Shown: piece after piece, positions 27,167 to 37,101 of the stretch
How positions within the stretch are numbered: the stretch's first letter is position 1
Layout of the letters: each line of letters begins with the position of its first letter
Assembly: GCA_964420395.1 (NCBI GenBank)
Contig: CAYQTJ010000003.1
Coordinates: 715-64,714, forward strand
DNA length: 64,000 bases
Source of the DNA: an uncultured Fibrobacteraceae bacterium
GTDB taxonomy: Bacteria > Krumholzibacteriota > Krumholzibacteriia > LZORAL124-64-63
Reading direction: 5' to 3'
The notes under the pieces: generated by a model
Seen by the model: only the letters and a program-made list of their open reading frames with translations
Databases searched by the model: none
Told to the model about the DNA's origin: nothing
Program-made: the position numbers and the translations under genes

Positions 27167-28306
27167 ATGTACAAGCGGCGCCTGGCGGCTCCAGAGGTCA
27201 GCTTCTTCCTGCTCGGACCGCGCGGCACCGGCAAGAGCACCTGGTTGCGGGCCAGATTTCCGGATGCGTACACGGTCGACCTGCTTTCGGAGGAGCGCTA
27301 TCACCGTCTGCTCGCCAACCCGGGCCTCTTCGCCCACGAACTGAGGGCGATCGAGCCGGGCCGCTGGGTTGTCGTCGACGAGATCCAGCGCCTGCCGGGG
27401 CTGCTGAACGAGGTGCACCGGTTCGGCGAGGAGAAGGGGCTGCGTTTCGTGCTCTGCGGCTCGAGTGCGCGCAAGTTGAAGCGCGCGGGGGTCAATCTGC
27501 TCGCGGGCCGGGCGCTGCGTCGCGCCATGCACCCCTTCGTGCCCGAGGAACTCGGCAGCAGCTTCGATCTCGAGGTGGCGCTCAGCCGCGGACTGCTGCC
27601 GATCGTCTGGGATTCGCCCGCACGGGACGAAACGCTCGCGGCCTATGTGCGGCTCTATCTCAAGGAGGAGATCCAGGCCGAGGCGACCGTCCGCAACCTG
27701 CCCGGCTTCGCCCGCTTCCTCCCCATCGCGGCGCTCTACCACGGCCAGGTCGTGAACAGCTCCAACGTCGCGCGCGAAGCGGGCGTCGCGCGGACGACGG
27801 TCAACGGCTACCTCGACATCCTGGAGGAGACCCTGCTCTGCTTCCGCGTGCCGGGTTTCGAGGCGAAGCTGCGCGTCCGCGAGCGCAAGCTGCCCAAGTG
27901 GTACTGGTGCGACCCCGGCATCGTGCGGGCGATGCGAGGCTCCCGCGGCGACATCGTCCCCGAGGAGCGCGGCGCCCTGTTCGAAGGCCTGGTGGCGCAA
28001 TTGCTGCGCGCCTACCGCGACTATGCCGGACTGTGCGACGACATCTCCTACTGGTCCGCCGAACGACGCACGACCGAGGTCGACTTCATCCTGACCCGCG
28101 GCGACGAGCACATCGCGGTCGAAGCCAAATCCGGAACCCAATTCACCGACAGGTGGTGCAGCGGACTCCGCGCCATCGCGCCCCTCGCGGGCCTCACGCG
28201 CCGCATCATCGTCTACCCCGCCGGCCCCTCCCTCCGGACCGCGGACGGAATCGAGATCCTGTCCTTCGCGTCCCTGGCCGAAGCCCTGGCGACAGGCGGC
28301 CTATAG
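27167..28306 (+). CDS. AAA+ ATPase of the COG1373 / AAA_14 + DUF4143 family
   Basis: Walker A GPRGTGKST. Walker B VVVDEIQ. C-terminal DUF4143-like region. Confidence 0.75.
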   Translation: MYKRRLAAPEVSFFLLGPRGTGKSTWLRARFPDAYTVDLLSEERYHRLLANPGLFAHELRAIEPGRWVVVDEIQRLPGLLNEVHRFGEEKGLRFVLCGSSARKLKRAGVNLLAGRALRRAMHPFVPEELGSSFDLEVALSRGLLPIVWDSPARDETLAAYVRLYLKEEIQAEATVRNLPGFARFLPIAALYHGQVVNSSNVAREAGVARTTVNGYLDILEETLLCFRVPGFEAKLRVRERKLPKWYWCDPGIVRAMRGSRGDIVPEERGALFEGLVAQLLRAYRDYAGLCDDISYWSAERRTTEVDFILTRGDEHIAVEAKSGTQFTDRWCSGLRAIAPLAGLTRRIIVYPAGPSLRTADGIEILSFASLAEALATGGL

Positions 28307-28471
28307 GCTGATCGCCGCCCGCAGCGGTCGGGCAGTCGCCCGGCCGAAACGGGCCGAAACGGGGTGATGGCGTCGAGGGCGCGCCGCGGCTAGAATGGCC
28401 CCCTCCCCCGAGTCCCGAACCCGTGGCGCGCGACCGCCGACGAACCGCGCGCCCGCACAGAGGAGATCAGG

Positions 28472-30415
28472 ATGTCCCGCATCGCGCTGCTTCTGCTCGG
28501 GCTGCTGACCCTGCCCGCCGTCTTCGCCGCCGCCGCCGACGTCGTCGCGCCCGGCGACAATCTGGTCGTCGAGGGGGTGCCGCCGATCCCGGCGGCGCTG
28601 GCGCAGGAGATCGGCCGGTGGACGGAGATCCGCGAGGCGGCCTTCGCCAGCTGGCATCCGGTCCGGCGCGAAGTCCTGATCCTGACCAGGTTCGGGACCA
28701 CGAACCAGGTCCACCAGGTGCGCCGGCCCGGCGGCGCGCGGACCCAGCTGACCTTCTTCCCCGAGCCGGTCGCGCAGGCGAGCTTCCAGCCGACCCACGG
28801 CGACTACTTCGTCGTCGGCAAGGACATCGGGGGCAACGAGTACTACCAGCTCTACCGGGTCGACGCGGCCACCGGCGCCGTCACCCTCCTGACCGACGGC
28901 AGTTCGCGCAACACCGGCGGCGCCTGGTCCCACGCGGGCGACCGGCTCGCCTACATGTCGACCCGTCGCAACGGGCGCGACAACGACATCTGGGTCATGG
29001 ATCCGCTCGACCCGCGCAGCGACCGCCTCGTGGCGGAGCTGGCCGGGGGCGGCTGGGCCGCGCTCGACTGGTCGCCGGACGACGACCGGCTGCTCGTGGC
29101 CGAGTACGTTTCGGTCAACGAGAGCTTCCTCTGGCTCGTCGACGTCGCCACGGGCGCCCGCACCGCGCTCACGCCCCGGGTCGGGGAGACGCAGGTCGCC
29201 TACGGCAGCGCCCGCTTCGCCGCCGACGGCCGCAGCCTCTGGATCACGACCGACCGCGACTCCGAGTACCAGCGCCTCGCGCGCCTCGACCTCGCCACCG
29301 GCGCGATCACGCCCCTCACCTCCCACATCCCGTGGGACGTGGACCTGCTCGCCCCCTCGCCGGACGGCCGCACGATCGCCTTCGTCACCAACGAGGACGG
29401 CGCCAGCGTGCTGCGCCTGCTCGACGCGCGCGCCGGCCGCGAGAAGCGCGCGCCGCGCCTGCCGATCGGGGTCATCAGCGCACTCGAGTGGCACCGCAAC
29501 GGCCGCGACCTCGCCGTCACCCTCGAGTCGGCCCGCAGCACCGCCGACGTCTGGTCGGTCGACGTCCGCTCCGGCGGCAGCGAGCGCTGGACCACCAGCG
29601 AGACCGGCGGCATCGCCACCGACACCTTCGTCGAGCCGGCGATCGTGCGCTGGCCGAGCACGGAGGGCCTCACGATCTCGGGCATCCTCTACAGCCCGCC
29701 CGCCCGCTTTCCCGGGCGCCGCCCGGTCATCGTGAGCATCCACGGCGGTCCCGAGGGGCAGGCCCGCCCCGACTTCCAGACCCGGCTCAACTACTTCATC
29801 AACGAATTGGGGTGCGCGGTCCTCCACCCCAACGTCCGCGGCTCCACCGGCTACGGCAAGACGTTCGCCACGCTCGACAACGGCCTGCTGCGCGAGGGAT
29901 CGTACCGCGACATCGCGGCGCTGCTCGACTGGATCGCCACCCGCCCCGACCTCGACCCCGACCGCGTCATGGTCATGGGCGGCAGCTACGGTGGCCACAT
30001 GACCCTGGCCGTGGCGACCTGCTGGCCGGAGCGGATCCGCTGCGCGGTCGACTACGTCGGCATTTCGCACCTGGCCACGTTCCTCGAGAACACGGCCGAC
30101 TACCGGCGCGATCTGCGCCGCGTCGAGTACGGCGACGAGCGCGACCCCGACACGCGCGCCTTCATGGAGCGCACCGCCCCGCTGAACAACGCCGCGAAGA
30201 TCAGCCGGCCGCTGTTCATCGTGCAGGGCGGCAACGACCCCCGCGTCCCGCTGAGCGAGGCCGAGCAGATGCTCGCCACCGTGCGCGGCAACGGCACCCC
30301 CGTCTGGTACCTCATGGCCCGCGACGAAGGCCACGGCTTCCGCAAGAAGGGCAACAACGACTTCCTGCTCTACTCGCTGGTGATGTTCACGAAGGAGTTT
30401 CTGCTCGCGCCGTGA
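28472..30415 (+). CDS. Secreted S9-family serine peptidase (prolyl oligopeptidase/acylaminoacyl-peptidase-like) with an N-terminal beta-propeller
   Basis: Signal peptide. PD40-like repeats (DWSPDDDRL). Catalytic GGSYGG. C-terminal DEGHGF. Confidence 0.85.
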   Translation: MSRIALLLLGLLTLPAVFAAAADVVAPGDNLVVEGVPPIPAALAQEIGRWTEIREAAFASWHPVRREVLILTRFGTTNQVHQVRRPGGARTQLTFFPEPVAQASFQPTHGDYFVVGKDIGGNEYYQLYRVDAATGAVTLLTDGSSRNTGGAWSHAGDRLAYMSTRRNGRDNDIWVMDPLDPRSDRLVAELAGGGWAALDWSPDDDRLLVAEYVSVNESFLWLVDVATGARTALTPRVGETQVAYGSARFAADGRSLWITTDRDSEYQRLARLDLATGAITPLTSHIPWDVDLLAPSPDGRTIAFVTNEDGASVLRLLDARAGREKRAPRLPIGVISALEWHRNGRDLAVTLESARSTADVWSVDVRSGGSERWTTSETGGIATDTFVEPAIVRWPSTEGLTISGILYSPPARFPGRRPVIVSIHGGPEGQARPDFQTRLNYFINELGCAVLHPNVRGSTGYGKTFATLDNGLLREGSYRDIAALLDWIATRPDLDPDRVMVMGGSYGGHMTLAVATCWPERIRCAVDYVGISHLATFLENTADYRRDLRRVEYGDERDPDTRAFMERTAPLNNAAKISRPLFIVQGGNDPRVPLSEAEQMLATVRGNGTPVWYLMARDEGHGFRKKGNNDFLLYSLVMFTKEFLLAP

Positions 30416-30663
30416 GGCGCGGGCCGCGGCAGGCGCCGCTCGCCCACGGCAGTCGGGAGGCCCTGGACCGGCGTCGCCTCGCTGGCGGCGACCATGCACC
30501 AGGGTGCATCGAGCGGGGCAGCGCCAGTTCCTGAGCCCGGGGACCCGCGAGTTCAGCGGGCGTCCAGCGCCTTAATCCGGCCCCAGGCCCCGGTCGTGAC
30601 GGCGACGGAGCCCGGATTTCACCGGTCCGGCTCCGGCAAGGGGCTCACGTCCATCCTGTCCGG

Positions 30664-33600
30664 CTACTTCAGCAGCGTGATCTTGCGCACGACCGCCTCG
30701 CCGGCCGCCCGCACCCTCACGAAGTAGACGCCGGAACCCACGAGTTGCCCGCCCGAGTCCCGTCCGTTCCAGACCAGGGCGTGCTCGCCCGCCGCGAACT
30801 CCTGTGCGGCGAGCGTCCTGATCGCCCGTCCCCGCAGATCGTGGATGGTGACCGTGACCGGACCGGCGTGCGCGAGGCTGAAGCGGACCCGGGTGAAGGG
30901 ATTGAACGGGTTCGGGTAGACGGCCTCGAGGCGGACCGCGGCGGCGGGCGGTTGCGCGTCCACCCCGGTGGGACTCAGGACCCAACGCGCGATCCGGGGC
31001 GAATTCTTGCCCCCGGCCGTGCTGAACCCACCGCCGGCGTAGAAATCGCCGTTCCAGGCGCAGGTGCCCCAGACGCCACCGTTCATGCCCCCGCCCAGGG
31101 ATGACCACGCTGCGCCGTCCCAGGTCACCAGGTAGTTCGCGGGAATCCCCCCGGCGGCGGTGAAGCCGCCGCCGGCGACGAGCCGGTCTCCCAGCCAGGA
31201 GAGGCTGTAGACCGACCCGCCGGCCATGCCGGCGCCGAGCGGATGGAACGCGCTCCCGTCCCAGCGGGCGACCCGTGGCGCGGGCACGCTGCCGACGAAG
31301 TCGAAATCCCCTCCCACATAGAGGTCGGGGACGTGGCTGAGCAGGGCGTAGACGGCGTTGTTGGCGGTGAAGCCGGGCGGGGGCGCCTCCCAGGCGGTCC
31401 CGTCCCAGAGAGCGAGGTTCTGGACCGTCAGCCCGCCCGCGTTCGTGAAGCTGCCGCCGACCACGAGCTTGCCGTCGTGGATCGCCAGAGCCAGCACCGT
31501 GCCGTTCAGCCCCGAGCCGAGAGCCGAGAACGAGGTCCCGTCCCAGGCCGCGATGTAGGGCATGGGCTGGCCGCCCATGGTCTGGAAGGAGCCGCCCACG
31601 ATCAGGCGGCCGTCGAAGAGCGCCAGGGCCCTGCCGCGGGTGAGATCGCCCGGGAAGCCCAGAGCCTCCCACGACGCACCGTCCCAGCGCGCCAGATCAC
31701 AGGTTTCCGTGGCGGGAGGAACCGCGAACATCCCGGCCGCATAGAGATCCCCCTGGTACTCGAGCGTGGCATGGATCTGGGGCAGATTGCTGCCCGCCGG
31801 GGCCAGGCCACCCGCGAGCGTGTTCCAGGCTCCTCCGTCCCAGGTGGCGATGGATCCGGCGACCTGCAGGCCGAGGCGATCGTACATGCCGGCCACCACG
31901 AGGTTGTCGCCGTAGGTCCCGAAGCAGTAGGCAGAGCCCGACGGCCCGTTACCGTCGAAGCCGCCCCACCAGCGATCCGCCTCCAGCGGCAACGCGGCGG
32001 GCTCGTTCCACTGGGCCAGGTTGGCGGACACCGTCCCGCCGGCGGTCGCAAAACCGCCGCCCACGAAGAGGGCTCCGTCCAGCGCAGCCAGGACGGGAAT
32101 GGTCATCGAGGAGATGCCGGTGTCCATGGCCATCCAGTGATTCCATTCGTCCCAGCGCGCCACGCCGGTGAAGGCCACCGCGCCGGCCTGGTTCACGGTG
32201 CCGCTGACGTACAACTCGCCGCCGCTGGCCGCCATCTTCTCGACCCCCAGCGGCTGGCACTGCAGTCCGCCGGGGTCGGTCCAGCAATACTCTCCGACGA
32301 AGCCCGTGCCGAGTGGCTCCCACTGCCCGTTGCGCAACCGCGCCACACGGGAGGCGGCCACGCCCCCCACCTGCCCGAAATAGCCGCCCACGACGAGGTT
32401 GCCCGCGAGTTCGGCCAGAGCGTAGACATCCCCGTCGGCGCCGCCGCCGAACTCCGACCAGCCGGTCCCATCCCAGGCGGCGAGTCGCAAGGCCTGCGCT
32501 CCGCCCGCGGTGGTGAAGGTCCCGCCGACGATCAGCAGCCCGTCATGTACGAGCAGCGCCCGGGCCATGCTGTTGAGGCCGCTGCCCATGGCGTGCCACT
32601 GGCTCCCGTCCCAGCGGGCGATATTGGCCACGGTCGTGCCGCCGGCGAGCGTGAAGCTCCCCGCCGCCACCAGGTCGTCGCCATACTGCACCATGGCGTA
32701 CGGGGCGCCGTTCAGGCCACTCCCCAGGGCCTGCCACTCCAGGCCGTTCCAGAGGGCGATGCGGTTGACCGGCGTGCCGCCGGCATTCAGGATGTTCCCG
32801 CCGACGACGAGATCCTGGCCGTAACTCGCCAGCGCCCAGGGCCCGGCCGAGAGGCCGCCGCCCACCTGCCGCCACTCCGATCCGTTCCAAGCCGCCAGTC
32901 CGCTCGCGATGCTCGTGCCGGCCGTCGTGAAACTCCCGCTGGCCACGATCTCGCTTCCGTGCGCCAGCAGGGCGAGGACCGTTCCGTCGAGTCCGGCGCC
33001 GCTCCCGAGACCCGGCGCCGGGGTCAGCCGATCCCCGTCCAGGATGGCGAGGTAGGGGGACACGGCGTCACCGATCACCTTGAAGTACCCGCTCACGAAC
33101 CAGTCGTCGCCGTAGAGAAGCATGTCGCTGAAGCGGGTCATGATGCCGTCATCGACGGAATCCCAGGGCGCCCCTCCCGAGGTGTAGCTGCCGCTGGCGA
33201 CCAGCGCCGAGGGGGTGCTCCTCAGCATGGACACATCGATCGCCCCCGGGAACCAGGGCACGGCGGACCAGGCCAGACCGTCCCAGACCGCGAGTCCCGA
33301 GATGGGAGCCCCCTCGATCGCGCCGAAGTTCCCGCCAGCGTACAGGTTGCCCTCGTGCACCTCCAGGCAGTACACGTTCCGGACCGACGTGGCGCTGTCG
33401 GCGAAGATCCCCCGCCACGCGGTCCCCGTCCAGCGGGCGATGCGGCCGAGCGAAGTTCCCAGATTGTCGCTGGTGAAGATGCCTCCGATGACGATCTGGC
33501 CGCCATGGTTCGTGACGGCGTAGACCGCACCGCTCACTCCGGATGCGAACGGCAACCACTGTCCCGTCGCATTGCTCCAGTAGGCCACGTACCGGACCGC

Positions 33601-34176
33601 GCTGCTGCCGGAGTACGTGAATTCGCCCACCGCGATGAGCTGTCCCTGAGGGCCGACGTTCAGTCCGCGAACACGACCCGAGAAGCCCGCGCCCATGGCA
33701 TGCCAATTCGTGCCATCGTAGCGCGCCACTTCCCGACAGGTGGCGCCATTGCCATCGGCGAATGTGAATTCGCCGCCGACGACCAGGTAACCATCGTGCA
33801 CCGTCAGGTCGTACACGTTGACGAGGCTGCCCGCAATCGGGACGCCTGTCCAGGCCACGCCATCCCAGCGCGCCAGATGGCCGACGTAGAGGTCACCCGC
33901 GTAATTGAAGCTGCCGCCCACGTACAGATTGCCCTCGTAGATCGCCATCGCGTTGATGACACTGTCGAAGCCGGGACGGTGGAACCCCGGTTGCCAGCCT
34001 TCCGCGGCGCTCTGCGGGGACAACAGGTCGATCGGACCGTCCGAGCCGAATCCGGAGCCCGGCACTGCGCCCGCCCGCGCAACAGCGGCGGCGCACGCCG
34101 ACAGAGTGATGGAGGCAAGGATGGCCACGATCGCGAAGGGGCACCTGCAGAGAAAGCGGTGGTCGGTCGTGGACAT
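30664..34176 (-). CDS. Giant secreted beta-propeller repeat protein (DUF5122-like repeats) with a C-terminal T9SS/FlgD-Ig-like sorting domain
   Basis: Start MSTTDHRF with a signal peptide. More than 20 repeats of G.VYAL...G.L.VGG.F...GG. C-terminal NPFNPFTRVRFSL...GVYFVRVRAAGE...KITLLK. Upstream ORF-table extension not used. Confidence 0.7.
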   Translation of the reverse strand: MSTTDHRFLCRCPFAIVAILASITLSACAAAVARAGAVPGSGFGSDGPIDLLSPQSAAEGWQPGFHRPGFDSVINAMAIYEGNLYVGGSFNYAGDLYVGHLARWDGVAWTGVPIAGSLVNVYDLTVHDGYLVVGGEFTFADGNGATCREVARYDGTNWHAMGAGFSGRVRGLNVGPQGQLIAVGEFTYSGSSAVRYVAYWSNATGQWLPFASGVSGAVYAVTNHGGQIVIGGIFTSDNLGTSLGRIARWTGTAWRGIFADSATSVRNVYCLEVHEGNLYAGGNFGAIEGAPISGLAVWDGLAWSAVPWFPGAIDVSMLRSTPSALVASGSYTSGGAPWDSVDDGIMTRFSDMLLYGDDWFVSGYFKVIGDAVSPYLAILDGDRLTPAPGLGSGAGLDGTVLALLAHGSEIVASGSFTTAGTSIASGLAAWNGSEWRQVGGGLSAGPWALASYGQDLVVGGNILNAGGTPVNRIALWNGLEWQALGSGLNGAPYAMVQYGDDLVAAGSFTLAGGTTVANIARWDGSQWHAMGSGLNSMARALLVHDGLLIVGGTFTTAGGAQALRLAAWDGTGWSEFGGGADGDVYALAELAGNLVVGGYFGQVGGVAASRVARLRNGQWEPLGTGFVGEYCWTDPGGLQCQPLGVEKMAASGGELYVSGTVNQAGAVAFTGVARWDEWNHWMAMDTGISSMTIPVLAALDGALFVGGGFATAGGTVSANLAQWNEPAALPLEADRWWGGFDGNGPSGSAYCFGTYGDNLVVAGMYDRLGLQVAGSIATWDGGAWNTLAGGLAPAGSNLPQIHATLEYQGDLYAAGMFAVPPATETCDLARWDGASWEALGFPGDLTRGRALALFDGRLIVGGSFQTMGGQPMPYIAAWDGTSFSALGSGLNGTVLALAIHDGKLVVGGSFTNAGGLTVQNLALWDGTAWEAPPPGFTANNAVYALLSHVPDLYVGGDFDFVGSVPAPRVARWDGSAFHPLGAGMAGGSVYSLSWLGDRLVAGGGFTAAGGIPANYLVTWDGAAWSSLGGGMNGGVWGTCAWNGDFYAGGGFSTAGGKNSPRIARWVLSPTGVDAQPPAAAVRLEAVYPNPFNPFTRVRFSLAHAGPVTVTIHDLRGRAIRTLAAQEFAAGEHALVWNGRDSGGQLVGSGVYFVRVRAAGEAVVRKITLLK

Positions 34177-34328
34177 GGCAAGCCCCCCCGTTGTAACGGA
34201 GGAGGCCGCTTGAAACTGGACCATATTACATGCGCATCGAGCGGCGCGGCTCCCCCATGACGACGCGATGTTATCACGAAACTGCGCACGAACACAACCG
34301 CGGCGGCCTGCCGACCGCCGCGCAGCCG

Positions 34329-35408
34329 TCAGCCCCCGTTCTTCCCCAACTCCTCGAACAGCTCCCGCTGCTTCGGGGTGAGCACGGCCGGCACGGTGAT
34401 CATGACGTGCGCGACGTGGTCGCCGCCGGCGACGCCCTGGCCCTTCAGCCGCAGCTGCGCGCCCGATGACGTTCCGGGCGGGATGGTAAGATTGGCCCTC
34501 CCGCGCAGGATCGGCAGCGGCACCTTGCCGCCGAGCGCCGCGACCGCGACCGGCACGGCGACGTCGGAGTGGAGATCGTTCCCCTCGCGGCGGAAGGCGG
34601 GGTCGGGGCGCACGCTCACGTGGACCAGGAGGTCGCCGGCCGGGCCGCCGCCGGTGCCCGCGCCACCGAGTCCCCGCAGGCGGAGCACCGCGCCGTCGCC
34701 CGTCCCCTCCGGAATGGTGATCTTGAGCGTGCGCGTGCGTTCCGCCACGCCGTCGCCGTGGCACTCCGGGCACTGCTGCGCCGGATCGCGGCCGGTGCCG
34801 CCGCAGGTCGGGCAGGGACGCGTCACGGTGAAGAACTGCCCCTTGTCGCGCGCCTGCGATGTGACCCGCCCGCTGCCGCGGCAGGTCGCGCACGGCGGCG
34901 CCTCCCCGAGCGCGCCCCTCCCCCCGCAGCGCGCGCAGGCGACCTCGCCGGTGAGCGACACCGCGACCTTGCCGCCGAGCGCCGCCGTGCGCAGATCGAC
35001 CTCGAGCGCGACCTCGACGTCGTGGCCGGGGCGGGCCGCGCCGCGCGCGCGGTGGATCCCCGCGCCGAACTCCCCGCCGAAGACGTCGCCGAATCGGCGC
35101 AGGATTTCGTCGATCGACATCGCCTCGACGTCCGGCCCAAACGGCGCGGGCCCGCCGCGTCCGGCCGGGCGGCGCGGTCCGGCTCCGGCGGGGGCGGGAC
35201 CGGCCAGGGCGTCATCATACTCGCGGCGCTTCACGGGATCGGAGAGGACGTCGTAGGCCGCGGCCAGCTCCTTGAACTTCTCCTCGGCCCGCTTGTCGCC
35301 GTGGTTGCGGTCCGGATGGTACTTGAGGGCGAGCACGCGGAAGGCCTTCTTGATCTCCTCCGGCGTGGCCGTGCTCTTCACGCCGAGCGTTTCGTAGTGG
35401 TTCCTCAT
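34329..35408 (-). CDS. dnaJ: Molecular chaperone DnaJ
   Basis: J domain YETLGV...HPD. Four CxxCxGxG zinc-finger repeats. C-terminal domains. Confidence 0.9.
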   Translation of the reverse strand: MRNHYETLGVKSTATPEEIKKAFRVLALKYHPDRNHGDKRAEEKFKELAAAYDVLSDPVKRREYDDALAGPAPAGAGPRRPAGRGGPAPFGPDVEAMSIDEILRRFGDVFGGEFGAGIHRARGAARPGHDVEVALEVDLRTAALGGKVAVSLTGEVACARCGGRGALGEAPPCATCRGSGRVTSQARDKGQFFTVTRPCPTCGGTGRDPAQQCPECHGDGVAERTRTLKITIPEGTGDGAVLRLRGLGGAGTGGGPAGDLLVHVSVRPDPAFRREGNDLHSDVAVPVAVAALGGKVPLPILRGRANLTIPPGTSSGAQLRLKGQGVAGGDHVAHVMITVPAVLTPKQRELFEELGKNGG

Positions 35409-35764
35409 CACCGCGCGCCCCCGCCATGGGCCCGCCCGATCCTGACCTCCAGCGTCTGCTCCGCGAAGCGGATGACCGCCCGCTCCGGATCGAACCCGCG
35501 CGGCACCGGAAGGAGCCCCACCAGGACCGCCGGCTCCGGCCAGGTCCGGCTCGCGCGCACGATCAGGACCTCGCCGGTGATCTCCACGTCGATGTCGGGC
35601 TCGACCACGTCCTCGAGTGGCACGAACCAGCAGAGGGCGGCCGCTTCGACCACCCACCGCGCGACGACCTCCCGCGCCTCCGGCCACTCGCGCAGAAGCG
35701 CCCCGCAGCGGCCGCGCAGCCGCGCGATCTCGCTCTCGATCTCCGCGAGGAGGTCCGGTTGCAT
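35408..35764 (-). CDS. Small protein with an Hsp20/alpha-crystallin-like C-terminal half, translationally coupled to dnaJ
   Basis: [23 protein letters not shown] and [25 protein letters not shown] resemble the Hsp20 core (DIDV..NGVLTI.. / LP..VD...I.A...NGVL.V). Stop overlaps the dnaJ ATG. Confidence 0.4.
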   Translation of the reverse strand: MQPDLLAEIESEIARLRGRCGALLREWPEAREVVARWVVEAAALCWFVPLEDVVEPDIDVEITGEVLIVRASRTWPEPAVLVGLLPVPRGFDPERAVIRFAEQTLEVRIGRAHGGGAR

Positions 35765-36024
35765 GCCTGCGCCGCCTTTGCCGTTCGCTTCGTCCGCGCC
35801 GTCGTCGCGACGGCCGCCACCTCGCGATCATAGCACGGCTCGCCATTACGGCACCACCCGGGCACCGCGGTGCCGCCCGTCGCGGCGCGTGCAACGGCCT
35901 TCCGGCGGCCGCCAGGACGCTGCCGGCGTTGCGGCCGCGAATCGTCGCGCTGGCGGAGTCGCGGCCGCGGGGGTAGGATCGGCGGGCGCGGAACCGGCCC
36001 GAACCCGGGGAGTGACGACCGCCC

Positions 36025-36837
36025 ATGAAGTCCATGATGGAAACGTACCTCTCGCTCGAGCGGACGAGGCTGCTCGGCGTGACGCTGGTGGCCCAGACGC
36101 GCGCCAGCGGATCGGTCGAGCTGCCGGTCGTCGCGGGGATCCTGGGCGAGCGCGCCTGCCGCGACGTGCTCGACGCCGGCACCGGCGAAGGTTCGTTCCT
36201 GCTCGAGGTCGCGCGGCAGGCCGGGGAGGCCCGCTTCCTCGGGATCGACCACAACCGGTTCGCGATCGGCAAGGCGAACGCGCGGCTGCGGCGGCGGCCC
36301 CTGGCCAACGTGCGCTTCGAGACCGGCTTCTTCGACGCGGCCTTCGACCGGCAGAAGCGCGACGCCATCATGACGCGCTACACGCTCCAGCACGCTTCCC
36401 GCCCCGCGGACTTCCTCGACGCCGCCTTCGCGCGGCTCCGGCGCAGGGGCACGTTCGTCGCGATCGAGTCGGTCGAGGCGTACACCGACGGCCACGCGCC
36501 GGACCCGGCCTGGGCGGCGTACCGCGCCGCCCTCCTGGCCGTTCACGGGAGGATCGGCAGCGACGCCAACATCGGCAAGGCGCTGGGTGTCCTGCTGCGC
36601 CGGGCGGGGTTCCGCGATGTCCGGGTCGGCATCGTCCTCTGCGCGCCGTCCACGGTCGGCATCGCCCGCTTCACGTCCGTCGTGCGCGCCACGACCGCGC
36701 TCGCCCACACGCTGTTCCCGGCTGACTTCGACCGGCGGCTGGTCCGGCGGATGGACCGCTGGCTCGACAACGAGGCAGGGCTCGAGCGACGGGACCCCTA
36801 CATCGCCACGGCGATCGCCAGCGGCACGCGGCCGTAG
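36025..36837 (+). CDS. Class I SAM-dependent methyltransferase
   Basis: Motif [12 protein letters not shown]. Confidence 0.7.
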   Translation: MKSMMETYLSLERTRLLGVTLVAQTRASGSVELPVVAGILGERACRDVLDAGTGEGSFLLEVARQAGEARFLGIDHNRFAIGKANARLRRRPLANVRFETGFFDAAFDRQKRDAIMTRYTLQHASRPADFLDAAFARLRRRGTFVAIESVEAYTDGHAPDPAWAAYRAALLAVHGRIGSDANIGKALGVLLRRAGFRDVRVGIVLCAPSTVGIARFTSVVRATTALAHTLFPADFDRRLVRRMDRWLDNEAGLERRDPYIATAIASGTRP

Positions 36838-36858
36838 GGGCCGCGGAAAGGCGGAGCC

Positions 36859-37074
36859 ATGAAACGCGAGTTTGTCCTGAGACTGTACCTCGCCATCTCG
36901 GGCGCGATCTTCCTCCTGGTGGGGCTCTTCCACCTCGGCAGGCTGATCGGCCACTGGCCGATCGTCGTGGGGACGACCACCCTTCCCGCGGCCCTCTCGT
37001 GGGTGGGGTTTCCGGCGGCGACCGGGTATGCCGCCTGGGCCTTCCTGCTCCTGCGCAGGCCTGCCACGACGTGA
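36859..37074 (+). CDS. Small 2-TM membrane protein
   Basis: 71 aa, two hydrophobic helices, AAGGCGGAG RBS-like. Confidence 0.35.
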   Translation: MKREFVLRLYLAISGAIFLLVGLFHLGRLIGHWPIVVGTTTLPAALSWVGFPAATGYAAWAFLLLRRPATT

Positions 37075-37101
37075 CCGTGACCCGGGGAGAAGGAGGCGAC
37101 C

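Noticed and set aside
30416-30663. Short palindromes (ATGCACC-AG-GGTGCAT) between the convergent S9 peptidase and propeller genes
   Set aside because: Short stems. Plausibly just terminator-like hairpins, with too little signal to call.
31243-34260. 1005-aa plus-strand ORF opposite the giant beta-propeller gene
   Set aside because: Mirror-frame artefact of the repeat-rich minus-strand gene. No motifs.
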